NCBI GenBank assembly: GCA_963801355.1
Contig: CAWDEM010000008.1
Span: forward strand, 2,240,001-2,304,000
Reading direction: 5' to 3'
DNA: 64,000 bases
Source: Ignavibacteriota bacterium
GTDB lineage: Bacteria > Bacteroidota > Ignavibacteria > UBA10030 > UBA6906
In this document: piece by piece, positions 9,394 to 20,466 of the stretch
How the letters are laid out: the number at the start of each line of letters is the position of its first letter
Position numbering within the stretch: position 1 is the stretch's first letter
The notes under the pieces: generated by a model
The model's input: only the letters and a program-made list of their open reading frames with translations
Told to the model about the DNA's origin: nothing
The model's database searches: none
Translations under genes and position numbers: made by a program

Positions 9394-10740
9394 CTACTTC
9401 TTCCGCCGGCGGCGTGCAAGATGCCTGGCCATGAAGCCGTCAAGAATCTGGGCCAGATCCGGCTTCGTGGTTTCCTGAAGTGCATACGTCACCCGGACGG
9501 AGGGCTTCCGGATCGCAATGACCCGGCGCAGATCAATCGGGGTCCCGATGATTACTGCATCACACGGAACTTGCTCGATGGTGGCCTCAAGATCGTTCAT
9601 CTGCTCCTTGCCGTACCCCATGGCGGGCAACAGCGCTCCCGTCGACGGGTACTTCTTGAAAGTGTCGGCAATGGAACGAACGGCGTACGGCCGGGGATCA
9701 ATGATCTCGGATGCCCCGAACTGTCGCGCGGCAAGCACTCCCGCGCCGTATTTCATGTCTCCGTGGGTCAGCGTCGGACCGTCTTCAATGACAAGCACGC
9801 GTTTTCCCGTAATGACCGAAGGGTCATCTACGGTGATCGGCGAGGCGGCACGGACAATTGTGGCCGACGGATTCATCGCAGATGCATGCGCGACGACCGT
9901 CTCAATTCCTTCTTTGGTGGCTGAATCCACCTTGTTCACCACGATGACATCGGCCAGCCGTACGTTGGTCGCGCCGGGATAGTAGCTGATTTCGTGCCCC
10001 GGACGGTGGGGGTCCACTACCGTAATCGTCAGGTCCGGTTTGTAGAACGAGGTATCGTTGTTGCCGCCGTCCCACACGATGACATCCGCCTCTTTTTCTG
10101 CCTGCCGCAGAATCGCTTCATAATCCACACCCGCGTAAATGATTGTCCCTTCGACAATGTGCGGCTCGTATTCTTCCATCTCCTCCACCGTGCACTGGTG
10201 GGTACGCAGGTCCTCGATGGAGGCATACCGTTGGACTTTTTGTTTCACGAGATCCCCGTAGGGCATGGGATGACGCACGGCAACAACGCACTTGCCCTTG
10301 CTCCGCAGGTGGCTGCAGACACGGCGTGATGTTTGACTCTTGCCCGAACCTGTGCGGACGGCCACCACGGCGATCACCGGCACGCGGGACGGAATCATCG
10401 TCCGGTCCGCACCCAGGAGCGTGAAGTCGGCGCCACAGGCATTCACCAGCGTCGCCTTCCCCATGACATACTGGAAGGAGACATCCGAATACGAGAACAC
10501 CACCTGCTCGACTTTCCACTTTTTGATCAGCGCCGGGAGGTCGGACTCCGGGTGGATGGGGATTCCCCTGGGATAGAGAGGGCCGGCCAGCTTGGCCGGG
10601 TACTTCCGGCCGGCGATATTTGGAATCTGGGTTGCAGTGAAGGCGACGACGTCAACACTCCGGTTCTTGCGATACAGCGTATTGAAGTTGTGAAAATCCC
10701 GCCCCGCTGCGCCCATGATGAGAATACGTGTTCTTGGCAT
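9394..10740 (-). CDS. P-loop protein of the cyclic 2,3-diphosphoglycerate synthetase-like family; probable arginine synthetase (ArcE-like)
   Basis: IMGAAGRDFHNFN, RTGSGKSQT, RHPMPYG, WDGGNND, EDGPTLTHG and LPAMGYG; directly downstream of OTC and carbamate kinase. Confidence 0.75.
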   Translation of the reverse strand: MPRTRILIMGAAGRDFHNFNTLYRKNRSVDVVAFTATQIPNIAGRKYPAKLAGPLYPRGIPIHPESDLPALIKKWKVEQVVFSYSDVSFQYVMGKATLVNACGADFTLLGADRTMIPSRVPVIAVVAVRTGSGKSQTSRRVCSHLRSKGKCVVAVRHPMPYGDLVKQKVQRYASIEDLRTHQCTVEEMEEYEPHIVEGTIIYAGVDYEAILRQAEKEADVIVWDGGNNDTSFYKPDLTITVVDPHRPGHEISYYPGATNVRLADVIVVNKVDSATKEGIETVVAHASAMNPSATIVRAASPITVDDPSVITGKRVLVIEDGPTLTHGDMKYGAGVLAARQFGASEIIDPRPYAVRSIADTFKKYPSTGALLPAMGYGKEQMNDLEATIEQVPCDAVIIGTPIDLRRVIAIRKPSVRVTYALQETTKPDLAQILDGFMARHLARRRRKK

Positions 10741-10801
10741 GTGGAGACTCCGCTTGGAATAGTGCTTCGAGTTACGATGTTCGGTTATAACGGCCCGGGA
10801 A

Positions 10802-11755
10802 TCAGGTCAGCACGTCCCCCCGCACAATGTGCGTACCACCGTGACCATGGATCGCGTCAATAAGATGTTCGTGATTGGTGATGATTGCCTCGCTGCCCCC
10901 CCGTTCGACAAAGACCATCGCCGCATGGATTTTCGGACCCATGCTTCCCGGAGGGAACTGTCCCGCGTTCATATGCGTCGCGCATTCCGCGAGCGTGAGA
11001 CGGTCGACCGCACGCTGGGAAGGTTTCTTGAAATCCAGACAGACCCTTTCCACTTCCGTCGCGATCGCCAGAACATCGGCTCCCAGTTGCCACGCCAGGA
11101 TGGCCGACGTATGATCTTTGTCGATCACCGCCTCAACTCCTTTTGAAAGATCATGATCGTTAAACACCGGGATGCCGCCACCGCCGCCGGCGATAACAAC
11201 GAATCCGCGGTCCACACACGCCCGGATGGCGTCCAGCTCAATAATCTCCTTCGGCTCCGGGGAAGACACGACCCGGCGATAGCCCCGTGATGAATCTTCG
11301 ACGATCGCCCAGTCGAACAGGTCGCGGTACCGTTCCGCCACCTCTTTTGTATAGAATGGCCCGATGGGTTTTGTGGGGCTCGTGAATGCGCGGTCCTTGC
11401 TGTCGACCAGCACCTGGGTCACCAGCGACACGACGGGCACACGGAGTCCCTCCTGCTGCATGGCCTGCCACATAGCATACTGCAGCACATAGCCGATTTC
11501 TCCCTGTGTCGCCGCGACACAGCAATCCAGAGGAAGCCGGTAGGCATGGGCTGCGGCATATTCGGTACGCGTGAGCATGGCGCCCACCTGCGGGCCGTTG
11601 CCGTGCGTCAGCACAACGCGGTGCCCGGCCTTGATCAGGTGCACGATCGCGACCGCAGTGCACACCGCGTTCTCGAACTGCTCCTGCGCGGTCCCTTTCT
11701 GGCCGGGACGGATCAATGCATTGCCGCCGACCGCCACAAGGATGAGCTTGGACAT
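10802..11755 (-). CDS. arcC: Carbamate kinase
   Basis: VAVGGNAL, THGNGPQVG, PTKPIGPFY, GYRRVVSSP, GGGGIPV, AVIDKD and GSMGPK. Confidence 0.96.
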   Translation of the reverse strand: MSKLILVAVGGNALIRPGQKGTAQEQFENAVCTAVAIVHLIKAGHRVVLTHGNGPQVGAMLTRTEYAAAHAYRLPLDCCVAATQGEIGYVLQYAMWQAMQQEGLRVPVVSLVTQVLVDSKDRAFTSPTKPIGPFYTKEVAERYRDLFDWAIVEDSSRGYRRVVSSPEPKEIIELDAIRACVDRGFVVIAGGGGGIPVFNDHDLSKGVEAVIDKDHTSAILAWQLGADVLAIATEVERVCLDFKKPSQRAVDRLTLAECATHMNAGQFPPGSMGPKIHAAMVFVERGGSEAIITNHEHLIDAIHGHGGTHIVRGDVLT

Positions 11756-11756
11756 T

Positions 11757-12713
11757 CTAGTTCCGCAGCAACTCGAACATGATTGCCTTCTGCACGTGCA
11801 ATCTGTTCTCCGCCTCCTGGAACACCACGGAATTCGGCGAATCGATCACCTCGTCGGTGACTTCCTCACCGCGATGTGCCGGAAGGCAGTGCATGAACAA
11901 CGCATCCGGTTTCGCGTGTGAAAAGAGATCCCGGTTGACCTGATAGGCTGCAAAGATGCTGCGCCGTTCTTCCACCTCGGCTTCCTGCCCCATACTCGTC
12001 CACGTATCGGTATAGATCATGTCGGCATCCCGCGCCGCTTCAATCGGGTCGGCGGTCCACGTAACGGTGGCCCCCGTCTCCGCCGCAATCACCAGGGTGC
12101 GTTCCAGGACTTTCGGATCCGGCCTGTGGGACTCCGGCGTGCCGATGAACAGCGTGGTGCCCAGTTTGGCCCCCAGGAGCATAAGGGAATGTGCAACGTT
12201 GTTCCCGTCACCGATGTAGCTCAGCTTCAGGTTCTTGAGGTTCTTGTGATACTCCGTCACCGTGAAGAAATCGGCCATGGCCTGGCAGGGATGCTCCAGA
12301 TCGGTGAGTCCGTTGATCACCGGAATGCCGGCGTGAGCCGCAAGCGACACGCAGATGTCATGTCCGAACGTCCGGATCATGATGCCGTCAACCATGCGTT
12401 CCAGATTTTTGGCCACATCAAAGACGGACTCCCGTTTCCCCAGATTGATGTCGGCCGGTGTGAGCAGGAGGGAATCACCCCCCAGCTGCTTGATGCCGAC
12501 GGTGAATGTCGTCCGTGTCCGCAACGAGGGTTTCTCGAAAATCAGCGCCATCATCTTTCCGTCCAGCGCCTTGCGGTAACGTCTGGGATGCGCTTTCATA
12601 TCGGCTGTGAGCCGGAACAGCGCCTTGATCTCAGGGATCGAGAGATCGTCAATGGACAGAAAGTCCCTTCCCTGGAGTTTCTTCTTGAGCATTTTCCTGA
12701 CGTTCTTTTTCAC
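11757..12713 (-). CDS. argF: Ornithine carbamoyltransferase
   Basis: FEKPSLRT, HPCQ, GDGNN, DTWTSMG, HCLP and AENR; GTG start with AGGAG upstream. Confidence 0.93.
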   Translation of the reverse strand: MKKNVRKMLKKKLQGRDFLSIDDLSIPEIKALFRLTADMKAHPRRYRKALDGKMMALIFEKPSLRTRTTFTVGIKQLGGDSLLLTPADINLGKRESVFDVAKNLERMVDGIMIRTFGHDICVSLAAHAGIPVINGLTDLEHPCQAMADFFTVTEYHKNLKNLKLSYIGDGNNVAHSLMLLGAKLGTTLFIGTPESHRPDPKVLERTLVIAAETGATVTWTADPIEAARDADMIYTDTWTSMGQEAEVEERRSIFAAYQVNRDLFSHAKPDALFMHCLPAHRGEEVTDEVIDSPNSVVFQEAENRLHVQKAIMFELLRN

Positions 12714-12898
12714 GGATGTTCTCCTGGATGTGAAAAGTATTCCTTAAAGCTCAAATAGTGTGCCCAATGTCCATGGGGGTTTAAATTTCAGATTCGCGGA
12801 TTTCACATATGCCCATCCTGTGCTTTCCCAACTCTGGGAATGGGCTCCATTGAAATATACAGAAATCATTCTCCGGAAGGAACCCTATCACGCCTCGC

Positions 12899-12927
12899 TT
12901 GGAAAAAAGTGGCCATCTGCGTATCTT
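12899..12927 (+). promoter_or_regulatory. Sigma70-like promoter for gcvP
   Basis: TTGGAA-17 nt-TATCTT. Confidence 0.45.
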
Positions 12928-12959
12928 TCTGACCCCAACCATGAAGAGCGAAGAACACC

Positions 12960-15845
12960 ATGTCAATAGCGTTTGAGGCAAATGAGCAGTTTGTGAACCG
13001 TCATATCGGCCCGGATCCGGCAGCGGTCGCCCGGATGCTCGAAGTTGTCGGGTCGAAGACTCTCGAAGAATTTATCAATTCTGTGGTCCCCCCCGCGCTC
13101 CGCAGCAAGACACAACTCAACATCGGTGCTCCGCTGACGGAAGCCGCGTTTCTTCTCGAAGCACGGCGCGTGGCGGCAATGAACGCCTCCTGCCGGTCTC
13201 TTGTCGGAATGGGCTACTACGGCACGATCACCCCGGGGGTGATCCTCCGGAACGTCCTCGAGAACCCCGGCTGGTACACGGCGTACACACCGTACCAGGC
13301 GGAGATAGCCCAGGGCCGGCTGGAGGCGCTCCTCAACTATCAGACAATGGTGGTCGATCTCACGGGAATGGAGATTGCCAACGCGTCTTTGCTCGATGAG
13401 GCAACGGCCGCAGCGGAAGCGATGACGATGTTCCATGCCATCAACGGGCGCCCCGCACACGGCGTCTTTGTTGTTTCGCGCGATTGCCATCCGCAAACGA
13501 TTGCGGTCGTGCAAACCCGCGCGAAACATCTCGGCATACGCGTTGAAGTCAGCGACCATGACGAGTATGCGTTCGATGCCGGAGTCTTCGGCCTGTTGCT
13601 GCAATACCCGGCGACCGACGGCGCCGTTGTGGACTACCGCGCGGTGGTCGACAGGGCGCACACCGCCGGAGCACACGTTGTCGTCGCCACTGATCTGCTT
13701 GCACTGACGTTGCTCACGCCTCCCGGCGAGTTCGGGGCGGATGCGGCGGTTGGCTCCACACAACGCTTTGGCGTGCCCATGGGATACGGCGGCCCGCATG
13801 CGGCATTTCTCGCAACACGCGACACGTTCAAGCGCCACATGCCGGGACGCATCATCGGTGTGTCGGTCGATGCTCAAGGGCAACCTGCTCTCCGGATGGC
13901 CCTCCAGACACGCGAGCAACATATCCGCAGGGAAAAAGCCACATCGAATATCTGCACCGCCCAGGTTCTCCTCGCGGTCATGGCGGGCATGTACGCGGTC
14001 TATCACGGACCGGACGGGCTGAGGCGCATCGCCACCAGAATTCATGAGCAGGCACGGACCCTCGCACATGCACTGGGTGAAGAGGGTCATCGGGTATGGC
14101 ACGCCGACTTCTTTGATACGCTCCGCATTACCCCGGCGACAACGCACCTGGCAGCCATCCGCAGATACGCCGAATCGTTCGGCTACAATTTCCGGTACTT
14201 TGATGACGGCAGCGCCGGCATCGCCCTGGATGAGCTGACGACACAGAAAGAACTGGGAGATATTCTCACCATTTTCTCCAGCGGCCGCCACGGCGAACCC
14301 GATATCGTGCGCGCTGCGGCGTCGCTGCAACCGGGCTATCACGGCACCAACCCGAGATCCTCGGCGTATCTGACACACCCGGTCTTCCACCGCCATCATG
14401 CCGAGACGGAAATGCTGCGATACGTTCACGGCCTCGAGGCCAGGGACCTCAGCCTCAACGTGAGCATGATTCCGCTGGGTTCGTGCACGATGAAGCTGAA
14501 TGCAACGACCGAGATGCTCCCCATCACCTGGCCGGAGTTCGCATCCCTGCATCCCTTCGCCCCGTCAGAACAGGCAGCGGGTTTTCGCGAAGTGTTCCGT
14601 CAACTCTCGAACTGGCTGGCCGATATCACGGGGTTCGCTGATGTCTCACTCCAGCCCAACGCCGGCGCACAGGGGGAGTATACGGGTCTGCTCGTCATCC
14701 GCGCTTTCCACGAGGCGCGCGGGGAGGCACACCGGAATATCTGCCTCATCCCGGCTTCCGCTCACGGCACGAACCCGGCGAGCGCCGTGATGGCCGGCAT
14801 GGAAGTGGTCATTGTGAAGTGCGACGCGGAAGGAAACATTGATGTCGCTGATCTGACCGCCAGAGCGCAGGAACACGCGTCGGGTCTCGCGGCACTCATG
14901 GTCACGTACCCCTCGACCCATGGAGTCTTTGAAGCGGCGATACAAGATATCTGCAATACCGTCCACGCTCATGGGGGTCAGGTGTACATGGATGGTGCGA
15001 ATATGAATGCCCAGGTCGGACTCTGTCGACCCGCCGAACTCGGGGCGGACGTATGTCACCTCAACCTGCACAAGACATTCAGCATCCCCCACGGCGGAGG
15101 CGGTCCGGGCATGGGACCCATTGCCGTGGCCCGGCATCTTGCACCGTTTCTGCCCGGCCACCCGGTCGTCTCCACGGGTGGCGACAAAGCCATCGGCCCC
15201 GTTTCCGCGGCACCCTACGGAAGTGCCGATGTCGTCCTGATATCCTGGGCATACATCGCCATGATGGGTAGCGAGGGACTGACACGCGCCACCGTCCTCG
15301 CGATCTTGAATGCAAACTACATGGCGAAGCGACTCTCGCAACACTACCCGGTGTTGTTCACCGGTGCCAACGGTCGTGTCGCCCATGAGTTCATCATCGA
15401 TCTGCGTCAATTCAAGGAGTCGGCTGGTATTGAGGCCGAAGACGTAGCAAAGCGGCTCATGGATTATGGATTCCACGCACCGACCGTCTCGTTCCCGGTC
15501 GCGGGCACGCTCATGATCGAACCGACGGAAAGTGAAACGCTGGAAGAGCTGGATCGTTTTTGCGATGCGCTGGTCTCGATTCGCCGGGAGATCCAGGCGA
15601 TCGAAGAGGGCAAAGCCGACAGGCAGCAGAATGTGCTGAAGAATGCACCTCACACGGCACAGGCCGTCATCAGCGACAACTGGTCCATGCCGTACAGCAG
15701 GGAACAGGCTGCCTACCCTGCCCCCTGGTTACGCAGACAGAAATTCTGGCCGGCGGTCGGACGTATCAACAATCCCTACGGCGACAGGAATCTGGTGTGC
15801 ACATGCCCGCCGGTAGAGGACTACGGGCGGGCACACACGACGTGA
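12960..15845 (+). CDS. gcvP: Glycine dehydrogenase (single-chain P protein)
   Basis: [36 protein letters not shown] and HLNLHKTF (PLP lysine). Confidence 0.98.
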   Translation: MSIAFEANEQFVNRHIGPDPAAVARMLEVVGSKTLEEFINSVVPPALRSKTQLNIGAPLTEAAFLLEARRVAAMNASCRSLVGMGYYGTITPGVILRNVLENPGWYTAYTPYQAEIAQGRLEALLNYQTMVVDLTGMEIANASLLDEATAAAEAMTMFHAINGRPAHGVFVVSRDCHPQTIAVVQTRAKHLGIRVEVSDHDEYAFDAGVFGLLLQYPATDGAVVDYRAVVDRAHTAGAHVVVATDLLALTLLTPPGEFGADAAVGSTQRFGVPMGYGGPHAAFLATRDTFKRHMPGRIIGVSVDAQGQPALRMALQTREQHIRREKATSNICTAQVLLAVMAGMYAVYHGPDGLRRIATRIHEQARTLAHALGEEGHRVWHADFFDTLRITPATTHLAAIRRYAESFGYNFRYFDDGSAGIALDELTTQKELGDILTIFSSGRHGEPDIVRAAASLQPGYHGTNPRSSAYLTHPVFHRHHAETEMLRYVHGLEARDLSLNVSMIPLGSCTMKLNATTEMLPITWPEFASLHPFAPSEQAAGFREVFRQLSNWLADITGFADVSLQPNAGAQGEYTGLLVIRAFHEARGEAHRNICLIPASAHGTNPASAVMAGMEVVIVKCDAEGNIDVADLTARAQEHASGLAALMVTYPSTHGVFEAAIQDICNTVHAHGGQVYMDGANMNAQVGLCRPAELGADVCHLNLHKTFSIPHGGGGPGMGPIAVARHLAPFLPGHPVVSTGGDKAIGPVSAAPYGSADVVLISWAYIAMMGSEGLTRATVLAILNANYMAKRLSQHYPVLFTGANGRVAHEFIIDLRQFKESAGIEAEDVAKRLMDYGFHAPTVSFPVAGTLMIEPTESETLEELDRFCDALVSIRREIQAIEEGKADRQQNVLKNAPHTAQAVISDNWSMPYSREQAAYPAPWLRRQKFWPAVGRINNPYGDRNLVCTCPPVEDYGRAHTT

Positions 15846-15904
15846 GCAGAGCATCCGGAGGACTGCCGCGGAGCGGTACCCCGGAACTCAGGGTAGGCAA
15901 GAGA

Positions 15905-15936
15905 AAGGGCGGCCGGTCGGCCGCCCTTCGTATTTT
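15905..15936. terminator. Hairpin between convergent gcvP and gcvH, probably a bidirectional terminator
   Basis: AAGGGCGGCC-GGTC-GGCCGCCCTT followed by CGTATTTT. Confidence 0.7.
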
Positions 15937-15954
15937 AAGAGCGCATAGTAATGA

Positions 15955-16335
15955 TTACTTGCCGATGCTGGCCTTGTATGCGGCGGCATCCATGAGATCC
16001 TTCAGTTCACCGGTATTTGCTATCCTGACTTTCACCATCCACCCTTTGCCGTACGGGTCCTTGTTGACCAATTCGGGGGTCGCAGCAAGCTCGCCGTTGG
16101 CTTCCAGGATCTGACCGCTGACCGGCGCGTACAGATCAGAAACGGCTTTCACCGCCTCGATCGTACCGAACGACTCCCCCTTCTTCACTGTTTTGCCCGT
16201 CGCGGGGAGTTCGACGAAGACCACATCGCCGAGCTCGCCCTGCGCGTGATCGGTAATGCCCACCGTTCCCGTCGTCCCCTCGACAAGAATCCATTCATGA
16301 TCTTTAGTGTACTTCAGATTCTCAGGAAGCGTCAT
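15955..16335 (-). CDS. gcvH: Glycine cleavage system H protein
   Basis: YTKDHEW, GITDHAQ, IEAVKA (lipoyl Lys) and [10 protein letters not shown]. Confidence 0.97.
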   Translation of the reverse strand: MTLPENLKYTKDHEWILVEGTTGTVGITDHAQGELGDVVFVELPATGKTVKKGESFGTIEAVKAVSDLYAPVSGQILEANGELAATPELVNKDPYGKGWMVKVRIANTGELKDLMDAAAYKASIGK

Positions 16336-16374
16336 GGTCTCATCCTTTCATAGTGTTTCTTGTCACCCCGGAAT

Positions 16375-17721
16375 TCAGCCTTCGGGGATGAACTCAAAGC
16401 TCTCGAGGAAGCCTGTATCAAATGTTCCCCTGCGGAATCGTTCGTCCATCATCACCTGACGATGGAAGGGGATGGTTGTTTTGATCCCTTCAATGGTAAA
16501 CTCATCCAGGGCGCTGGCCATTTTGGCGATGGCCCCGTCCCGCGTCCGCGCGAATACCACGAGTTTCGCAATAAGGGAATCATAATACGGCGGCACGTGA
16601 TAGCCCGTATAACAGTGCGTATCCACCCGTACGCCGAATCCGCCCGGCATGTGGAAGTCGGTGATCTTCCCCGGACTGGGCCGGAAGTCGTTGGAGGGAT
16701 CCTCTGCGTTGATACGGCATTCGATGGCGTGCCCGCGGTGCGGGATCTTCTTGCGCGGCAGACGCTCGCCCGCAGCCACCTGCAACTGGAGCTTCACAAG
16801 ATCATAGCCGGTCACCTGCTCGGTGACGGGATGCTCCACCTGGATCCTGGTGTTCATCTCCATGAAATAAAAGTTCTTGTCTTTGTCGACAAGAAATTCG
16901 ATTGTCCCGGCATTCTCATATCCGACCGCCCTGCACCCTTTGATTGCCGCATCGCCCATCTTTCGCCTCAGGACTTCATCAACCAGGGGTGACGGAGCCT
17001 CTTCGATGAGTTTCTGGTGCCGCCGTTGAACGGAACAGTCGCGCTCGCCGAAATGAATGACGTTCCCGTGCTGGTCGCCGAAGACCTGGATTTCGACGTG
17101 GTGGGGTTGATCAACGAATTTCTCAATGTAGAGGCCGGGATTGGCAAACGCCTGCTCCGCTTCGTGCGCCGCGGTCTTCAATGCGGCATCCATCTCCGCT
17201 TCCTCGCGCACGACGCGCATGCCCCTGCCTCCGCCTCCAGCCACGGCCTTGATGATTACCGGATACCCGATGACCCTGGCAATCTCCGCCGCTTCCCCCG
17301 GCGTGGCCACAATGCCGTCGCTACCGGGCACAACAGGGACCCCCGCTTTCTTCATGGCCTCCTTTGCCAGTGCCTTGTCACCCATGGCCGCGATCATCTG
17401 GGGACTCGGGCCTATGAATTTGATACCCGAGGAGGAACAGATTTCGGCAAAGCCCGCATTCTCCGCAAGAAAACCATACCCCGGGTGGATCGCATCAGCG
17501 TTCGTGATTTCGGCAGCAGCAATAATGCGCGGAATTTTCAGATAGCTCTCTTTTGCCGCGGCCGGGCCGATGCAGACGGCTTCGTCGGCAAACCGCACAT
17601 GGAGGGAATCACGATCAGCCTGTGAATAGACGGCAACGGTCTTCACCCCGAACTGCTTGCACACACGGATGATGCGCAACGCAATTTCGCCGCGGTTGGC
17701 AATCAGTACTTTCGTGAACAC
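16375..17721 (-). CDS. accC: Biotin carboxylase
   Basis: [30 protein letters not shown] and [14 protein letters not shown]. Confidence 0.97.
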   Translation of the reverse strand: MFTKVLIANRGEIALRIIRVCKQFGVKTVAVYSQADRDSLHVRFADEAVCIGPAAAKESYLKIPRIIAAAEITNADAIHPGYGFLAENAGFAEICSSSGIKFIGPSPQMIAAMGDKALAKEAMKKAGVPVVPGSDGIVATPGEAAEIARVIGYPVIIKAVAGGGGRGMRVVREEAEMDAALKTAAHEAEQAFANPGLYIEKFVDQPHHVEIQVFGDQHGNVIHFGERDCSVQRRHQKLIEEAPSPLVDEVLRRKMGDAAIKGCRAVGYENAGTIEFLVDKDKNFYFMEMNTRIQVEHPVTEQVTGYDLVKLQLQVAAGERLPRKKIPHRGHAIECRINAEDPSNDFRPSPGKITDFHMPGGFGVRVDTHCYTGYHVPPYYDSLIAKLVVFARTRDGAIAKMASALDEFTIEGIKTTIPFHRQVMMDERFRRGTFDTGFLESFEFIPEG

Positions 17722-17747
17722 GAGGGGGGCTCCGGATTTCTGCCGGG

Positions 17748-18242
17748 TTACGGTTTTTCAATCAGGAAGAGCACCTGATCGTATTCCACCGGTTGCGCGT
17801 TTTCCACCATTACCTTGGCGACTCTGCCGGCGACATCTGACTCGATCTCATTCATCAGCTTCATCGCTTCGACAATACACAGCACGGTTCCGGGTTGAAC
17901 CTCAGTCCCGACCTGAACAAACGGCGCGGCATCAGGCGCAGGCGCCCGATAGAATGTGCCGACAATAGGCGAACGGATTTCCATCCTCGTGTCTGCCGGG
18001 GTCGGAGGAGGGAGAGCAGCAGCCTGTCCCGCAGCCGGAACAGGTGCCGGAGCAGTGACTGCAGAGGGCGGTGCGGCATGACGGTAAGCATCCGGCGTCC
18101 AGACCGGTGGCGCAGGTGGAACTGCCATGCGCTGCGGATGTTTTGCAACGCGGACCTTCTTCCCTTCCTCCTCTATCTCAATTTCATCCACGTCACTGTC
18201 GGAAAGGAGCTTGACAAGCTTTTTGATGAGGCTCAGATCCAT
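17748..18242 (-). CDS. accB: Biotin carboxyl carrier protein
   Basis: Pro/Ala linker, SPIVGTFY and EAMKLMNEI. Confidence 0.97.
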   Translation of the reverse strand: MDLSLIKKLVKLLSDSDVDEIEIEEEGKKVRVAKHPQRMAVPPAPPVWTPDAYRHAAPPSAVTAPAPVPAAGQAAALPPPTPADTRMEIRSPIVGTFYRAPAPDAAPFVQVGTEVQPGTVLCIVEAMKLMNEIESDVAGRVAKVMVENAQPVEYDQVLFLIEKP

Positions 18243-18265
18243 GAGATCTCCAGGCTTCGTGAGGG

Positions 18266-18829
18266 TTAGTTCTTGACCCGCTCGATGTAGCCTCCGGTTC
18301 GAGTGTCAATCTTGATGGTATCCCCCTCGTTCACAAACAAAGGCACGTTCACGGTGGCGCCGGTCTCCACCTTTGCAGGCTTCGTTCCCGCATTGGCGCT
18401 GTCGCCACGTACACCGGGGACGGTCTCCGTAACCTTCAACTCCACCGTGATCGGGATTTCTATGCCCGTGATGTCCGTGCCGTTGAACAATATGTCCACC
18501 GACTCGCCATCCTTGAGAAATCCCGCCCCGTCACCAATCTGCTCCCGGGACACGGTCATCTGATCATAGGTTTCCTTGTCCATGAACACATACCCGCTGC
18601 CGTCATGGTACAGGAACTGGTATTCTTTCCGTTCTATACGTATGATCTCGACGGCCTCACCGGCGCGGAACCTGTTTTCGAGGACCTTCCCGCTCTTCAG
18701 GTTCTTCAATTTCGTGCGCACGAACGCGCGCCAATTGCCAGGATTCACATGCTGGAATTCGACAATGGTCCAAAGTTCGTTGTTGTACTTGATCACCAAA
18801 CCGGGTCGGAAGTCAGAAGTCGAGGGCAT
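18266..18829 (-). CDS. efp: Elongation factor P
   Basis: [32 protein letters not shown] and IDTRTG; the tip loop reads PGNW. Confidence 0.96.
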   Translation of the reverse strand: MPSTSDFRPGLVIKYNNELWTIVEFQHVNPGNWRAFVRTKLKNLKSGKVLENRFRAGEAVEIIRIERKEYQFLYHDGSGYVFMDKETYDQMTVSREQIGDGAGFLKDGESVDILFNGTDITGIEIPITVELKVTETVPGVRGDSANAGTKPAKVETGATVNVPLFVNEGDTIKIDTRTGGYIERVKN

Positions 18830-18871
18830 AAATACTGGAAATAGTGAAGGAAAGTGTCAAAAGTGAACTAA

Positions 18872-18900
18872 ACGATACCAATTCTGCCCTCAAATGTCAA
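18872..18900 (-). promoter_or_regulatory. Sigma70-like promoter for efp-accB-accC-gcvH
   Basis: Minus strand TTGACA-17 nt-TATCGT. Confidence 0.6.
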
Positions 18901-18918
18901 GGAAACCACCGAAAACTG

Positions 18919-18947
18919 TTGATTCCCTTCACAAAATCGTGTATTCT
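18919..18947 (+). promoter_or_regulatory. Sigma70-like promoter for the small lipoprotein gene
   Basis: TTGATT-17 nt-TATTCT, 6 nt before ATG 18954. Confidence 0.5.
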
Positions 18948-18953
18948 TGAAGC

Positions 18954-19286
18954 ATGCGCATCCTCGCCACCTGTTTCATTTGCCTTCTCATGTCCGCCTG
19001 CCGGGTCGGGCGAGAACCGGACGGGACGCTTGACCGGGAATCCTACCTGGCGGTGTACTGCGATCTGATCCAGGAATCGTTGCGTGGAAAGAATGCAGGC
19101 ACTGACCCGCGGACAGCTATGCAGAATGCCGAGCGGGTTCTGGCGACTCACGGCACGACACGAGCCGAATTCGACAGCACAACAAGATGGTACAACGCCG
19201 ATGTCAACCGCTGGAAGCTCTTCTTTGACGACGCAGCGAAGGAACTTGAATCCCGGGAGCTTTCCAACCCCCGGACGCCCCGGTAG
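18954..19286 (+). CDS. Small hypothetical lipoprotein (DUF4296-like)
   Basis: Hydrophobic N-terminus with LMSAC lipobox; helical pattern VLATHGTT..EFDST..WY; fills the gap between efp and purM. Confidence 0.65.
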   Translation: MRILATCFICLLMSACRVGREPDGTLDRESYLAVYCDLIQESLRGKNAGTDPRTAMQNAERVLATHGTTRAEFDSTTRWYNADVNRWKLFFDDAAKELESRELSNPRTPR

Positions 19287-19294
19287 CCCTGCAC

Positions 19295-20290
19295 CTACCG
19301 GACCTCTCCCATGACGATCGGATGTTCACGTCTGCGACGCAACGCGAGAAGCATGGCATCCGCCTGCCTCGAAGGCACAACCATAATCATCCCGACCCCA
19401 AGGTTGAACGTCCTCCGCATGTCTTCCTCCGGAACATCGCCCACGCGTTGCATCAGCTTGAAGATCACCGGGCGTTCCCAGGCATCCCAATCAATGCGGA
19501 GCGACATCCCCGCGGGAACCACCCGCATAGTATTCCCCACAATGCCCCCACCCGTGATGTGCGACAACCCGTGAACAGCATAGCGTTCCAGAAGTGGTCT
19601 GACAACGTGGAGGTAAGAGCGGTGCACGGCGAGCAAGGCATCGGCGAGAGTAGTCCCGAGATCGGGCACCCGCGCATGGATATCGTACGTACCGAGCAGC
19701 ACAGCCCGCGCGAGAGAAAAACCGTTCGTGTGCAGGCCGGTCGAGGGTAGTCCGATCAAAACGTCCCCCCGCCTGATCCGGCGGCCGTCAACGATTTTCC
19801 TTTTCTCGACGACACCGACGATTGTACCCGCAAGGTCATAGTCCTCCCCATTGTACATTCCCGGCATTTCGGCAGTCTCCCCACCCACCAGCGCACAGCC
19901 GTTTTCCTTGCATGCTTTTGCGAACCCGGCGATGACCTCGGTGGCTATCGCAAGGTCCAGCTTGCCCGTGGCAAAATAGTCCAGGAAGAACAGCGGGGAG
20001 GCACCACACGCCAGGATGTCATTGACGCAGTGGTTGACCAGGTCCTGGCCGACCGTGTCATGCCGTCCTGCAAGGCGGGCAACCAGGAGTTTTGTGCCGA
20101 CGCCATCAACACTCGAGACAAGCACCGGTGATTTTACACGGGGAAAACGCGCATCATAGAATGCACCAAACGTTCCGATATCGCGAAGCACGGCGGGAGT
20201 GAATGTCGACCGGACAGAGCGCTTGATACGCCGGACAAATTCGTTGCCTGCGGCGATATCGACGCCTGCCTGTGCATAGGTCGTTGCCAT
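19295..20290 (-). CDS. purM: Phosphoribosylformylglycinamidine cyclo-ligase
   Basis: YAQAGVDI, DGVGTK, GGETAEMPG, GLHTNG, HITGGG and TFNLGVG. Confidence 0.97.
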   Translation of the reverse strand: MATTYAQAGVDIAAGNEFVRRIKRSVRSTFTPAVLRDIGTFGAFYDARFPRVKSPVLVSSVDGVGTKLLVARLAGRHDTVGQDLVNHCVNDILACGASPLFFLDYFATGKLDLAIATEVIAGFAKACKENGCALVGGETAEMPGMYNGEDYDLAGTIVGVVEKRKIVDGRRIRRGDVLIGLPSTGLHTNGFSLARAVLLGTYDIHARVPDLGTTLADALLAVHRSYLHVVRPLLERYAVHGLSHITGGGIVGNTMRVVPAGMSLRIDWDAWERPVIFKLMQRVGDVPEEDMRRTFNLGVGMIMVVPSRQADAMLLALRRRREHPIVMGEVR

Positions 20291-20329
20291 GAGAACTCCG
20301 AAGGGGATAGGCGAAAGACATCCAGGCAG

Positions 20330-20358
20330 ATTGTATGCAGAATTGGCGGAAATTGCAA
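20330..20358 (-). promoter_or_regulatory. Sigma70-like promoter for purM
   Basis: Minus strand TTGCAA-17 nt-TACAAT. Confidence 0.6.
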
Positions 20359-20400
20359 GGAGGTCGCAGTGCGAGGGTCACAGTCCGACCCTGAGGTGGT

Positions 20401-20429
20401 TTGCGATTCACGTTCCCCACCGGTATATT
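20401..20429 (+). promoter_or_regulatory. Sigma70-like promoter for the FAH-family gene (and possibly valS)
   Basis: TTGCGA-17 nt-TATATT. Confidence 0.55.
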
Positions 20430-20466
20430 CTTCAACACTCCACACAGCAACCATCCGGGCGGACAC

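Noticed and set aside
11757-12713. SLRT instead of STRT, suggesting an N-acetyl/succinyl-ornithine transcarbamylase
   Set aside because: The ornithine-binding DxxxSMG and HCLP motifs are intact, as in ordinary OTC.
12714-12959. Possible glycine riboswitch or small ORF upstream of gcvP
   Set aside because: No GGAGA/CCGAAG/CTCTCAGG aptamer elements are visible, and the promoter candidate leaves only about 25 nt of leader. The 66-69 aa ORFs lack an RBS and motifs. A small hairpin (TTCCCA-ACTC-TGGGAA) alone is not enough.
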